Origin: Gammaproteobacteria bacterium
GTDB taxonomy: Bacteria > Pseudomonadota > Gammaproteobacteria > Magnimaribacterales > D2472
Direction of reading: 5' to 3'
Length of the DNA stretch: 64,000 bases
Assembly (NCBI GenBank): GCA_045563715.1
Contig: JBJLIP010000001.1
Coordinates: forward strand, 321,131-385,130
Shown piece by piece: positions 1 through 7,403 of the stretch (positions are counted from its first letter, which is position 1; every line of letters starts with the position of its first letter). The notes under the pieces are model-generated. The model was not told where the DNA came from and searched no databases. It worked only from the letters and a program-made list of their open reading frames with translations. A program made the translations under genes and the position numbers.

Positions 1-2
1 GG

Positions 3-377
3 GCTGTTAGCTCAAGAAGAAAACAAGCATACTCTCAATACAATCAAGCAGATGAAAATACATTATTTACAGAGAGAAGAGTAATACAAGAAGTTAGATC
101 TCAATTCTCTAATGTTGTTACTTTGGTTGCTAATGTCACGGCACAAAAGCAAGCAGTTATTTCTGCAACAAGTGCGTTAGAGGCAACACAAATTGGTTAT
201 AAGGTTGGAACAAGAAATGTTGTAGACCTTTTGCAAGCTGAAAAAAATCTTTATAGTGCTGAAAAAAATCTTGCCAATGCAAAGTATGACTACATTCTTG
301 CAAATCTTAGGTTAGCGTTGGCTGCGGGTACAATTAGCCCAAGTGATATTGTAGATATTAATAATCTTTTAAAATAA
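3..377 (+). CDS. tolC: TolC-family outer membrane channel, C-terminal fragment (5' end lies outside the window)
   Basis: The frame is open from the window edge. The C-terminal repeat ...GYKVGTRNVVDLLQAEKNLYSAEKNLANAKYDYILANLRL... resembles the second TolC/OMF repeat. Stop codon at 375-377. Confidence 0.7.
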   Translation, partial: AVSSRRKQAYSQYNQADENTLFTERRVIQEVRSQFSNVVTLVANVTAQKQAVISATSALEATQIGYKVGTRNVVDLLQAEKNLYSAEKNLANAKYDYILANLRLALAAGTISPSDIVDINNLLK

Positions 378-380
378 GTT

Positions 381-1190
381 ATGCCTGAACTGCCTGAGGT
401 TGAAACAACCGTAAGAGCAATTAATAAATTTGAAAATCACATTCTCAACAAAGTTATTGTCCATAATAGAAATTTACGATGGAAAGTAGAAAAAAAAGTT
501 CAAGCTTTAACTAGAAAACAACTTGTTCGAAAAATTACAAGGCGTGCTAAATACATTCTCATGCACTTAGATGATCAATGTCTAATGATACATTTGGGAA
601 TGTCCGGTAAATTAAGAATCCAAAATGTTAAAGATAATTATTTTAAAAAACATGATCATGCTGAATTAATTTTTGAGAATGAGAAAATTGTATTTAATGA
701 CGTAAGAAGATTTGGGTCAATTCATTTATGTGAAAATCCTGAAAAACATAAGTTAATTAAAGATCTTGGCCTAGAGCCACTTTCAAAATCTTTTAATAAG
801 GCCTACTTGTTAGATGTTTGCAGAAATAGCAACTTGTGCATCAAAAAGTTAATTATGGACCAAAAAAATGTTGTTGGTGTTGGCAACATATATGCATCTG
901 AAAGCCTATTTCTTGCAAAAATTAATCCAAATAGGCTATCAAAAGATATTTCGGATAGTGAGGGTAAGGAACTAGTTAAGTCAATAAAGATAATTTTAAA
1001 ACGTGCCATAAAAATGGGAGGCACTACTTTGCAAGACTTTTATTCAGCAGACGGTAATCAGGGATATTTCAGTCTTAAGTTGAATGTTTATGGAAGGAAT
1101 TCAATGATTTGTAATAATTGCGATTCCAAAATAGTTAAAAGTATTATTGGTCAAAGAGCAACATACTCATGCAATAACTGTCAGCTTTAA
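381..1190 (+). CDS. mutM: Formamidopyrimidine-DNA glycosylase (Fpg/MutM)
   Basis: N-terminal catalytic MPELPEVET motif, H2TH region and C-terminal zinc finger CNNCDSKI...CNNC. Adjacent to coaD, as in E. coli. Confidence 0.95.
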   Translation: MPELPEVETTVRAINKFENHILNKVIVHNRNLRWKVEKKVQALTRKQLVRKITRRAKYILMHLDDQCLMIHLGMSGKLRIQNVKDNYFKKHDHAELIFENEKIVFNDVRRFGSIHLCENPEKHKLIKDLGLEPLSKSFNKAYLLDVCRNSNLCIKKLIMDQKNVVGVGNIYASESLFLAKINPNRLSKDISDSEGKELVKSIKIILKRAIKMGGTTLQDFYSADGNQGYFSLKLNVYGRNSMICNNCDSKIVKSIIGQRATYSCNNCQL

Positions 1191-1669
1191 GAGGCAAGTT
1201 TAGCTTTTAAGGCTTTTTCTACAGAAGGATGGACAAACTTACTAATATCACCTTTTAAATCACATATTTCTTTGATTAGACTTGAAGATACATATATGAG
1301 ACTTTCTTTAGGAGTGAGGAAAATACTCTCAATATCTGGAGCAAGGGATCTATTCATAGTAGCTAATTGAAACTCATACTCAAAATCAGAAACAGCTCTA
1401 AGGCCTCTAATAATTGCACAGGCATTTTGTTCTTTTGCAATATCTACTGTTAATTGCCTAGGAAATCCTACAATCTCTACCTGAGAATTATCTTTATAAA
1501 TTGATTGTGCAAGTTTGATTCTATCCTCAAGAGTAAAAAGAGGATTCTTCGCATCATTTTTAGCGATTGCTATTACTATTTTATCAAATAGTCCGCATGC
1601 TCTATCTATGATATCCATGTGTCCATATGTTATTGGATCAAATGAACCTGGATAAATTGCTACTTTCAT
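1187..1669 (-). CDS. coaD: Phosphopantetheine adenylyltransferase
   Basis: MKVAIYPGSFDPITYGHMDII nucleotidyltransferase motif (HxGH type). Length is about 160 aa. Confidence 0.95.
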   Translation of the reverse strand: MKVAIYPGSFDPITYGHMDIIDRACGLFDKIVIAIAKNDAKNPLFTLEDRIKLAQSIYKDNSQVEIVGFPRQLTVDIAKEQNACAIIRGLRAVSDFEYEFQLATMNRSLAPDIESIFLTPKESLIYVSSSLIKEICDLKGDISKFVHPSVEKALKAKLAS

Positions 1670-1746
1670 ATCTAAGAATCATACTAAATATTGCTATTTA
1701 ATCAAAATTATTATTAATACATGCTGTTTATATAAAACAGTTAAAT

Positions 1747-1775
1747 TTGATACATTTTTAAGTTTTTTGTATGAT
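1747..1775 (+). promoter_or_regulatory. Sigma70-like promoter for the proteorhodopsin gene
   Basis: TTGATA (1747-1752), 17-nt spacer, TATGAT (1770-1775). The predicted TSS near 1782 gives a 5' UTR of about 56 nt. Confidence 0.5.
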
Positions 1776-1837
1776 AGGCACTTGTATATTACGGGGGGGA
1801 GTAATTTTTGCTCCTACTTACTTATAAGGAGTTATAT

Positions 1838-2653
1838 ATGAAATTTTTATTAATGATGATTGGTGCTGTTGCATTGCCTGTTTTTGCGGCTGACGGCTCT
1901 GATCTTAACCCTGCTGATTCAGTAGGTGTTTCATTTTGGTTAGTTACTGCAGGTATGCTTGCAGCTACTGTATTTTTCTTAGTTGAAAGAGACAGAGTGC
2001 ATGGCAAGTGGAAAACCTCATTATCTGTTGCAGCTTTAGTTACAGGTATCGCTTTCTGGCATTATCTGTACATGAGAGGTGTATGGTCTGATTCATGGAC
2101 TGCAGATATGACTAGACTTATGACCGAAGGAGAAGGAATGTCCAAAGAAGATGCTATGGCAGCAGCTCAGGGAAGTTCTCCTACAACTTACCGTTACATT
2201 GATTGGTTAATTACTGTACCGCTTCAAATTATTGAGTTCTTCTTAATACTTAAAGTTTGTACTAATGTTAAATCAAGCGTGTTCTGGAAACTATTAATAG
2301 CATCATTAGTAATGCTTGTTGGTGGTTACATGGGTGAGATGGGAATGGCAGATGCCATGATTTGTGGTGTTGTTGCTATGCTTGCATGGTTATACATCAT
2401 TTATGAAGTCTTTGCAGGTGAAGCTGGTAAGCTAAATGCTTCTAGCGGTAATGCTGCAGCTCAAAGCGCATTTGGAACTATCAGACTGATAGTGACTGTG
2501 GGTTGGGCTATTTATCCTATTGGATATTTCCTAGGAATAGGTGAAAATCCAGACATGGGTAACAGCAACTTAATCTACAACCTTGCAGATTTTGTTAATA
2601 AAATCGCATTCGGTTTAGCTATTTATGTAGCGGCTGTTAGCGACTCAGAATAA
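1838..2653 (+). CDS. Proteorhodopsin (light-driven proton pump, DTE motif, Gln at the spectral tuning position, so predicted blue-absorbing)
   Basis: Signal peptide MKFLLMMIGAVALPVFA. Matches to canonical PR include VSFWLVTA, VERDRV, KWKTSL, GIAFWHY, RYIDWLITVPLQIIEF (D/T/E plus Q) and NLADFVNK (Schiff-base Lys). AAGGAG SD lies 7 nt upstream of the ATG at 1838; the TTG at 1808 from the ORF track is an upstream extension. Confidence 0.95.
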   Translation: MKFLLMMIGAVALPVFAADGSDLNPADSVGVSFWLVTAGMLAATVFFLVERDRVHGKWKTSLSVAALVTGIAFWHYLYMRGVWSDSWTADMTRLMTEGEGMSKEDAMAAAQGSSPTTYRYIDWLITVPLQIIEFFLILKVCTNVKSSVFWKLLIASLVMLVGGYMGEMGMADAMICGVVAMLAWLYIIYEVFAGEAGKLNASSGNAAAQSAFGTIRLIVTVGWAIYPIGYFLGIGENPDMGNSNLIYNLADFVNKIAFGLAIYVAAVSDSE

Positions 2654-2668
2654 TTTAACTTTATTCTT

Positions 2669-2698
2669 AAAAAACCCAGCTTAATGCTGGGTTTTTTT
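2669..2698. terminator. Bidirectional intrinsic terminator shared by the convergent PR and SDR genes
   Basis: AAAAAA-CCCAGC-TTAAT-GCTGGG-TTTTTTT: a 6-bp GC-rich stem flanked by an A-run and a T-run. The T-run overlaps the SDR stop codon. Confidence 0.8.
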
Positions 2699-3419
2699 AT
2701 GGGTATATCTCTTCACCATCCCATGCAAATATTTTTCCACTATCTTTCACTTCTAAGTTACTTATTACATTAATTAATTTTTCTGCACTGTAATGAGGCG
2801 TAAATAATTTTTCTGCTTTTACATTCTTTTCAAATGGTTTACTCAAATAGCTTTTTACAGTTCCGGGCTGAAGTCCAACAAAAATAGCACTAGGATTCGA
2901 TCTTTTAACCTCAATGCTAAAATTTTTGATGATTTGATTCAGGGCTGTCTTGCTTGCTCGATAAGAATACCAACCTCCTAATTTATTGTCAGAAATGCTT
3001 CCTACTCTTGCGCTTAGAAAGGCAAATACACTTCTAGAATCTTTTCTAAGAAAAGGAATAAAGTATTTGCCAACCAATGTTGGTCCTATTGTGTTGACCA
3101 AAAGAACCTTCTGAAGTTTATCTATACTTATATCTCTGATGCTTTTCTCAGGGAATATATCACTATCATTATGTAATATACCCGTAGCTACAAATATTAG
3201 GTCAAACTTAATATTGCTCGCTAATTTTTGCACACAATTCTTAATTGAATCCTCATCTTCAATATTGATTTCAATATTTTTTATTTTATCAGTGTCTTCA
3301 CTTTTGATAACTCTTGAGAACTTATAAACCTCTTCAACTGAATCATCATCAATAAGATTTTCACATATTGAGTTTCCAATAGCTCCATTTGAGCCAATTA
3401 CAGCAACTTTTCTTTTCAT
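2697..3419 (-). CDS. Short-chain dehydrogenase/reductase (C-factor/CsgA-like SDR)
   Basis: N-terminal Rossmann motif VIGSNGAIGNS and catalytic YSYRASKTALN (YxxxK). Confidence 0.8.
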   Translation of the reverse strand: MKRKVAVIGSNGAIGNSICENLIDDDSVEEVYKFSRVIKSEDTDKIKNIEINIEDEDSIKNCVQKLASNIKFDLIFVATGILHNDSDIFPEKSIRDISIDKLQKVLLVNTIGPTLVGKYFIPFLRKDSRSVFAFLSARVGSISDNKLGGWYSYRASKTALNQIIKNFSIEVKRSNPSAIFVGLQPGTVKSYLSKPFEKNVKAEKLFTPHYSAEKLINVISNLEVKDSGKIFAWDGEEIYP

Positions 3420-3422
3420 AAT

Positions 3423-5171
3423 TTATGGTTTTCTTATTTCGTCTATCATCTGATAGATTTCCTTAGGTGGCTTACTATAAAAATTTGAGACGATTAATGC
3501 AACACTAAAATTTATTAGCATGCCTAAAAAACCAAATCCCTCTGGTGAAATACCAAATAACCAATTCTCAGCATTATTTAGTTGCGGGTTAATAAACTTA
3601 AAATAAGTTATGTATGCTGATGTTATTAATAGCCCCGATAACATACCGGCGATTGCGCCCTCTTTATTTAGTCTCTTATAAAATATTCCCAAGAATAATG
3701 CTGGAAAAATTGTGGATGCTGCCAAGCCAAAAGCGAAAGCCACAACTTGCGCAACAAAACCAGGTGGGTATATGCCAAATAAACCTGCTATAAAAATTGC
3801 AACAGCCGCAGCACATCTGGCAAAGAGCAATTCCTGTCTCTCAGTAATTTTAGGCATTAGCATCTTTTTCATTAAATCATGTGATATTGATGCTGATATA
3901 ACTAACAACAAACCTGCTGCTGTTGATAAGGCAGCTGCTAGAGCGCCGGCAGCAACAAGCGCAATAACCCAATTTGGCAACTGAGCAATTTCAGGATTGG
4001 CGAGAACCATGATGTCATTATCTATGTAAACTTCATTTGTATTGGAGATGTCTGGGTTATTTGAAACTAATCTTTGACCATAATCTCCATCCTCACCAAG
4101 ATACTTTGGTTTGACTCCATCTAGAGCATTACCGTTAGAATAATTTATTTTTCCATCACCATTTTTATCCTTCCAGGCAATTAAACCTGTGTCCTCCCAA
4201 TTTTTGAACCATTCAGGTGCATTCTTGTATTCAACCTCTTGGACTGAATCGATAAAATTTAGTTTTGCAAAAGCTGCTACCGCTGGAGCAGTGGTATACA
4301 AGAGTGCTATAAAGACCAATGCATAGCCTGCAGATTTTCTTGCATCACTTACTTTTGGAACTGTAAAAAATCTAACTATTACATGAGGAAGACCTGCTGT
4401 TCCAAACATTAAAGCGGCTGTTATAAAAAATATATCAATGTTACTTTTGGTATTTTCAGTGTATGCATTGAATCCTAGTTCTAAAGATAATTGGTCTAGC
4501 TTATCAAGCAGATAAGTTGAGGAACCTGAAACCTTATCTCCAAAACCTAATTGAGGAATTGGATTATCAGTAATCATTATAGAAATAAAGATTGCTGGAA
4601 CTAAATAAGCAAATATTAATACGCAATACTGGGCAACCTGTGTATAGGTTATTCCTTTCATACCGCCTAAAACAGCATAAAAGAAAACAATGCACATCCC
4701 AATAATTACTCCGGTATTAATATCTACTTCGAGAAACCTAGAAAATACAATTCCAACCCCCCTCATTTGACCAGCAACATATGTAAAAGAGATAAAAATT
4801 AAGCAAATGATCGCAACTAATCTTGCCGCCTTAGAGTAATATCGAGTTCCTATAAAATCTGGGACAGTGTATTTACCAAATTTTCTTAAGTATGGGGCTA
4901 ATAAAAGTGCCAATAGAACATAGCCACCTGTCCATCCCATTAAATAAACTGCTCCGTCTTTGCCAAGGAAAGCTATTAAGCCTGCCATCGAAATAAATGA
5001 CGCAGCTGACATCCAGTCAGCAGCAGTTGCCATTCCATTGGCAACTGGGCTAACCCCTTTTCCAGCTATATAAAAATCATTAGTTGATCTAGCTCTTGAC
5101 CAAATAGCTATTCCTATATAAACAGTAAAAGAAATTCCTACAAATAAATAGGTAAGGGCTTGCAGGCTCAT
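3423..5171 (-). CDS. Sodium:solute symporter family permease (ActP-like cation/carboxylate symporter, large subunit)
   Basis: 582 aa and polytopic. The N-terminus ...FYIAGKGVSPVANGMATAADWMSAASFISMAGL... is typical of ActP/VC_2705-type SSS. Its start overlaps (ATGA) the stop of a DUF4212-type small subunit. Confidence 0.85.
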   Translation of the reverse strand: MSLQALTYLFVGISFTVYIGIAIWSRARSTNDFYIAGKGVSPVANGMATAADWMSAASFISMAGLIAFLGKDGAVYLMGWTGGYVLLALLLAPYLRKFGKYTVPDFIGTRYYSKAARLVAIICLIFISFTYVAGQMRGVGIVFSRFLEVDINTGVIIGMCIVFFYAVLGGMKGITYTQVAQYCVLIFAYLVPAIFISIMITDNPIPQLGFGDKVSGSSTYLLDKLDQLSLELGFNAYTENTKSNIDIFFITAALMFGTAGLPHVIVRFFTVPKVSDARKSAGYALVFIALLYTTAPAVAAFAKLNFIDSVQEVEYKNAPEWFKNWEDTGLIAWKDKNGDGKINYSNGNALDGVKPKYLGEDGDYGQRLVSNNPDISNTNEVYIDNDIMVLANPEIAQLPNWVIALVAAGALAAALSTAAGLLLVISASISHDLMKKMLMPKITERQELLFARCAAAVAIFIAGLFGIYPPGFVAQVVAFAFGLAASTIFPALFLGIFYKRLNKEGAIAGMLSGLLITSAYITYFKFINPQLNNAENWLFGISPEGFGFLGMLINFSVALIVSNFYSKPPKEIYQMIDEIRKP

Positions 5172-5506
5172 TTGCTACCTTGTGACTTATCCTGGTTAGA
5201 CTTTCTATAGAATTTTTTATCTAACTTGTTCATTAAGTAAACGTAGATAAAAATTATTAATACAAAAAAATAAATACTACCCTGCTGAGAAAACCAAAAC
5301 CCTAGTTTAAAACCACCTATAGTAATTTCATCCAACCTTTCAGACCAAATTATTCCAAAGCCAAAGGAAACAAGAAACCATATGGTTAAAAGTCCGGAAA
5401 GTATAATTAGATTAATTTGCCAGTAAGATAATTTCACATCTCTATTATAAGGCCAACTTAGATTATAAAAATAATAAAAAAACGGAGCATAAAACTCCGT
5501 TTTCAT
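5168..5506 (-). CDS. DUF4212-type small membrane subunit of the solute:sodium symporter (start uncertain)
   Basis: YWQINLIILSGLLTIWFLVSFGFGI...GGFKLGFWFSQQGSIYFFVLIIFIYVYLMNKLD matches the DUF4212 pattern. The first ~10 codons from the ATG at 5506 coincide with the fdh terminator hairpin, so the in-frame GTG at 5437 (89 aa) is a plausible true start. Confidence 0.75.
   Translation of the reverse strand: MKTEFYAPFFYYFYNLSWPYNRDVKLSYWQINLIILSGLLTIWFLVSFGFGIIWSERLDEITIGGFKLGFWFSQQGSIYFFVLIIFIYVYLMNKLDKKFYRKSNQDKSQGSK
5476..5503 (-). terminator. Intrinsic terminator downstream of fdh
   Basis: On the minus strand the sequence reads AACGGAG-UUUUAUG-CUCCGUU followed by UUUUUUAUUAUUUUU. It lies 18 nt after the fdh stop codon. 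Confidence 0.65.
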
Positions 5507-5520
5507 GATGACCTAAAAAG

Positions 5521-6717
5521 CTACTTCTTATATTTTGCAGCCTCTTCAGATCCATCAGTTGCTGTTCCTTTGGTATATGAATGGGCTCCCATTCCAGCTA
5601 AATCACCATTTTGAACAATCAAATAAGGCTCTCTTATTGGCTTGCCTTCAAAGAAACACTCTAATATTTCTCTTACTCCCGCAGCATATCTTGCTTGTGC
5701 AGATAATGATGTTCCAGAGGTATGAGGAGTCATACCATGATTAGGCATTGTTCTCCAAACATGGTCATTTGGTGCTGGTTGAGGAAACCAAACATCTCCG
5801 GCATATCCACTTAATTGACCAGATTCTAATCCCCTGGCTATTGCATCTTTATCACAAATTTTTCCTCTAGCAGTATTAACAATATATGCACCTCGCTTCA
5901 TTTTGCTAATCATTTCATCATTGAATAAATGTTCAGTTTTTGGATGAAGCGGACAACTAATATTTACAACATCGCAAACAGCAACTAATGATTCGACTGA
6001 ATCATGATAAGTAAGATTTAACTCAGACTCGACTTCTTCAGAAAGCCTGTGAATATCAAAATAATGTAAGTGAACATCAAAAGGTTTCATTTTTCTTAGC
6101 ATATCAATCCCGATCCTTCCTGCTGCAACAGTACCAACATGCATACCTTCAACATCATAAGATCGTTGGACAGCATCAGCTATATTCCAACCGCCCTCTT
6201 TTACGATTCTATGTTGGTTATGATAATCCCTTACCATTGAAAGAATCATCATAACTATATGTTCTGCTACAGATCTTGAATTACAGTAAGTTACTTCAAC
6301 AACATCAACGTTATTATCCATAGCCGCCTGTAAGTCTACATGATCAGAACCTATACCAGCAGTAATTGCCATTTTTAAATTAGGAGCTGACTCCATCTTG
6401 TCTCTTGTTAAATAATATGGAAAAAATGGTTGAGATATTACTATGTCAGCATCAACTAATTCCTTGTCAGCCTGACATCCTTCACCATCCTTGTCAGACG
6501 TAACTACAAGAGTATGACCAGAATCCTCTAAAAATTTTCTTAAGCCTAATTCACCAGATACACAACCAAGCAATTCACCAGGTGTAAAATCTATAGAACT
6601 AGGAGTTGGTAATGACATACCATCTGGATATTTATCTAGTTCAGGAAGATCATCTCTAGCATATTTTTCAGGCATTCCACTTATTGGATCATCATATAAC
6701 ACACATAAAATTTTCAT
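5521..6717 (-). CDS. fdh: NAD+-dependent formate dehydrogenase (D-2-hydroxyacid dehydrogenase family)
   Basis: Near-collinear with the Pseudomonas sp. 101 FDH as I recall it: MKILCVLYDDP..., GELGLRKFLE..GHTLVVTSDKDG, TAGIGSDHVDL, GTVAAGRIG, GDVWFPQPAP, and the C-terminal GSEEAAKYKK. Start taken at MKILCV; the ORF-track start at 6774 is an extension. Confidence 0.95.
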   Translation of the reverse strand: MKILCVLYDDPISGMPEKYARDDLPELDKYPDGMSLPTPSSIDFTPGELLGCVSGELGLRKFLEDSGHTLVVTSDKDGEGCQADKELVDADIVISQPFFPYYLTRDKMESAPNLKMAITAGIGSDHVDLQAAMDNNVDVVEVTYCNSRSVAEHIVMMILSMVRDYHNQHRIVKEGGWNIADAVQRSYDVEGMHVGTVAAGRIGIDMLRKMKPFDVHLHYFDIHRLSEEVESELNLTYHDSVESLVAVCDVVNISCPLHPKTEHLFNDEMISKMKRGAYIVNTARGKICDKDAIARGLESGQLSGYAGDVWFPQPAPNDHVWRTMPNHGMTPHTSGTSLSAQARYAAGVREILECFFEGKPIREPYLIVQNGDLAGMGAHSYTKGTATDGSEEAAKYKK

Positions 6718-6953
6718 AATTTTTCCCCAAATAAAATTAACTTCGATTATGTTAAAACAAAATAAATTAAACACAACAATTAATTGAAATTAAATAAAAA
6801 AATAGATAATTGCTAAAATCTATAAAATAATAGTAAAAAATGATAAAAATAGAGAAATATCATAAGTACATTTAAATTTATGAGTACATATTATTAAAAT
6901 AAAACTAAAAATTATTGAAGTATTTAAAAATAAATGTAAAATATGGGTACATT

Positions 6954-7403
6954 ATGAGTACAGATGACAATAAATACTTAGTTTTAAGGGGCAAAAATAA
7001 GGACATATATTTCATACAGAAAAGGGTCTCAAAGGATATTTCGAAGATAATTGGAAAGGATTTTATTAAAAAATCTTTAGAAACTAAAAATATCCATGTC
7101 GCAAGACAAAAAAGAGATGAAATTCTTAGTGATCTTGAAAAAATTGCTCTAAATAAACATGATGAGGATAAAAATAGCTTAAAATTATATGATTCTATTG
7201 ATATTTACGATGTACCCATAGAAGATAAGCCTCAAAAAGCGGAAGAATGTGATGATTCTAAGAAAATATTTAGTTCAAATAATAAAAAATATAGTTTTTT
7301 TTCATTTAAAATACCAAAAAAAGAGGACTTAATAGTGAATATAGATAAATATATACCAATAAGTATTGTTATATTAACTCTAATTGTTGCCTCTGTTGCT
7401 TAA
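6954..7403 (+). CDS. Hypothetical protein with an integrase-arm-like (DUF6538-like) N-terminal segment and a C-terminal TM anchor; no recombinase catalytic domain
   Basis: YLVLRGKNKDIYFIQKRVSKDISKIIGKDFIKKSLETKNIHVARQKRDEI follows the pattern Y-x-RG-x-YYF-x-RVP-x-DL...GK-x-I-x-x-SL-x-T-x-x-x-x-A seen at the N-termini of tyrosine integrases. It is followed by a low-complexity acidic region and a hydrophobic tail. The ATG at 6954 is preferred over the TTG at 6915. Confidence 0.4.
   Translation: MSTDDNKYLVLRGKNKDIYFIQKRVSKDISKIIGKDFIKKSLETKNIHVARQKRDEILSDLEKIALNKHDEDKNSLKLYDSIDIYDVPIEDKPQKAEECDDSKKIFSSNNKKYSFFSFKIPKKEDLIVNIDKYIPISIVILTLIVASVA

Noticed and set aside
1724-1740. CTGT...ACAG palindrome resembling a gammaproteobacterial LexA SOS box
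   Set aside because: The spacing is CTG-N11-CAG (17 nt overall) rather than the canonical CTG-N10-CAG 16-mer. Neither flanking gene is a typical SOS gene. It is kept only as a generic dyad (see findings).
1808-1837. Upstream TTG extension of the proteorhodopsin ORF (MLLLTYKELY...)
   Set aside because: The extension contains the AAGGAG SD for the ATG at 1838, and the signal peptide begins at MKFLL. It is an ORF-caller artefact.
2697-3419. SDR convergent with proteorhodopsin, considered as a retinal/retinol oxidoreductase linked to the photosystem
   Set aside because: The only evidence is adjacency through a shared terminator. The genes are convergent and not co-transcribed. The sequence looks like the generic C-factor-type SDR, and no blh/crt genes are nearby. 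The evidence is insufficient.
6775-6960. The extremely AT-rich 236-bp spacer, considered as a replication origin or a mobile-element end
   Set aside because: There are no DnaA boxes, no terminal inverted repeats and no target-site duplication that I can see. Only the short GTACA and 11-mer repeats are reported in findings.
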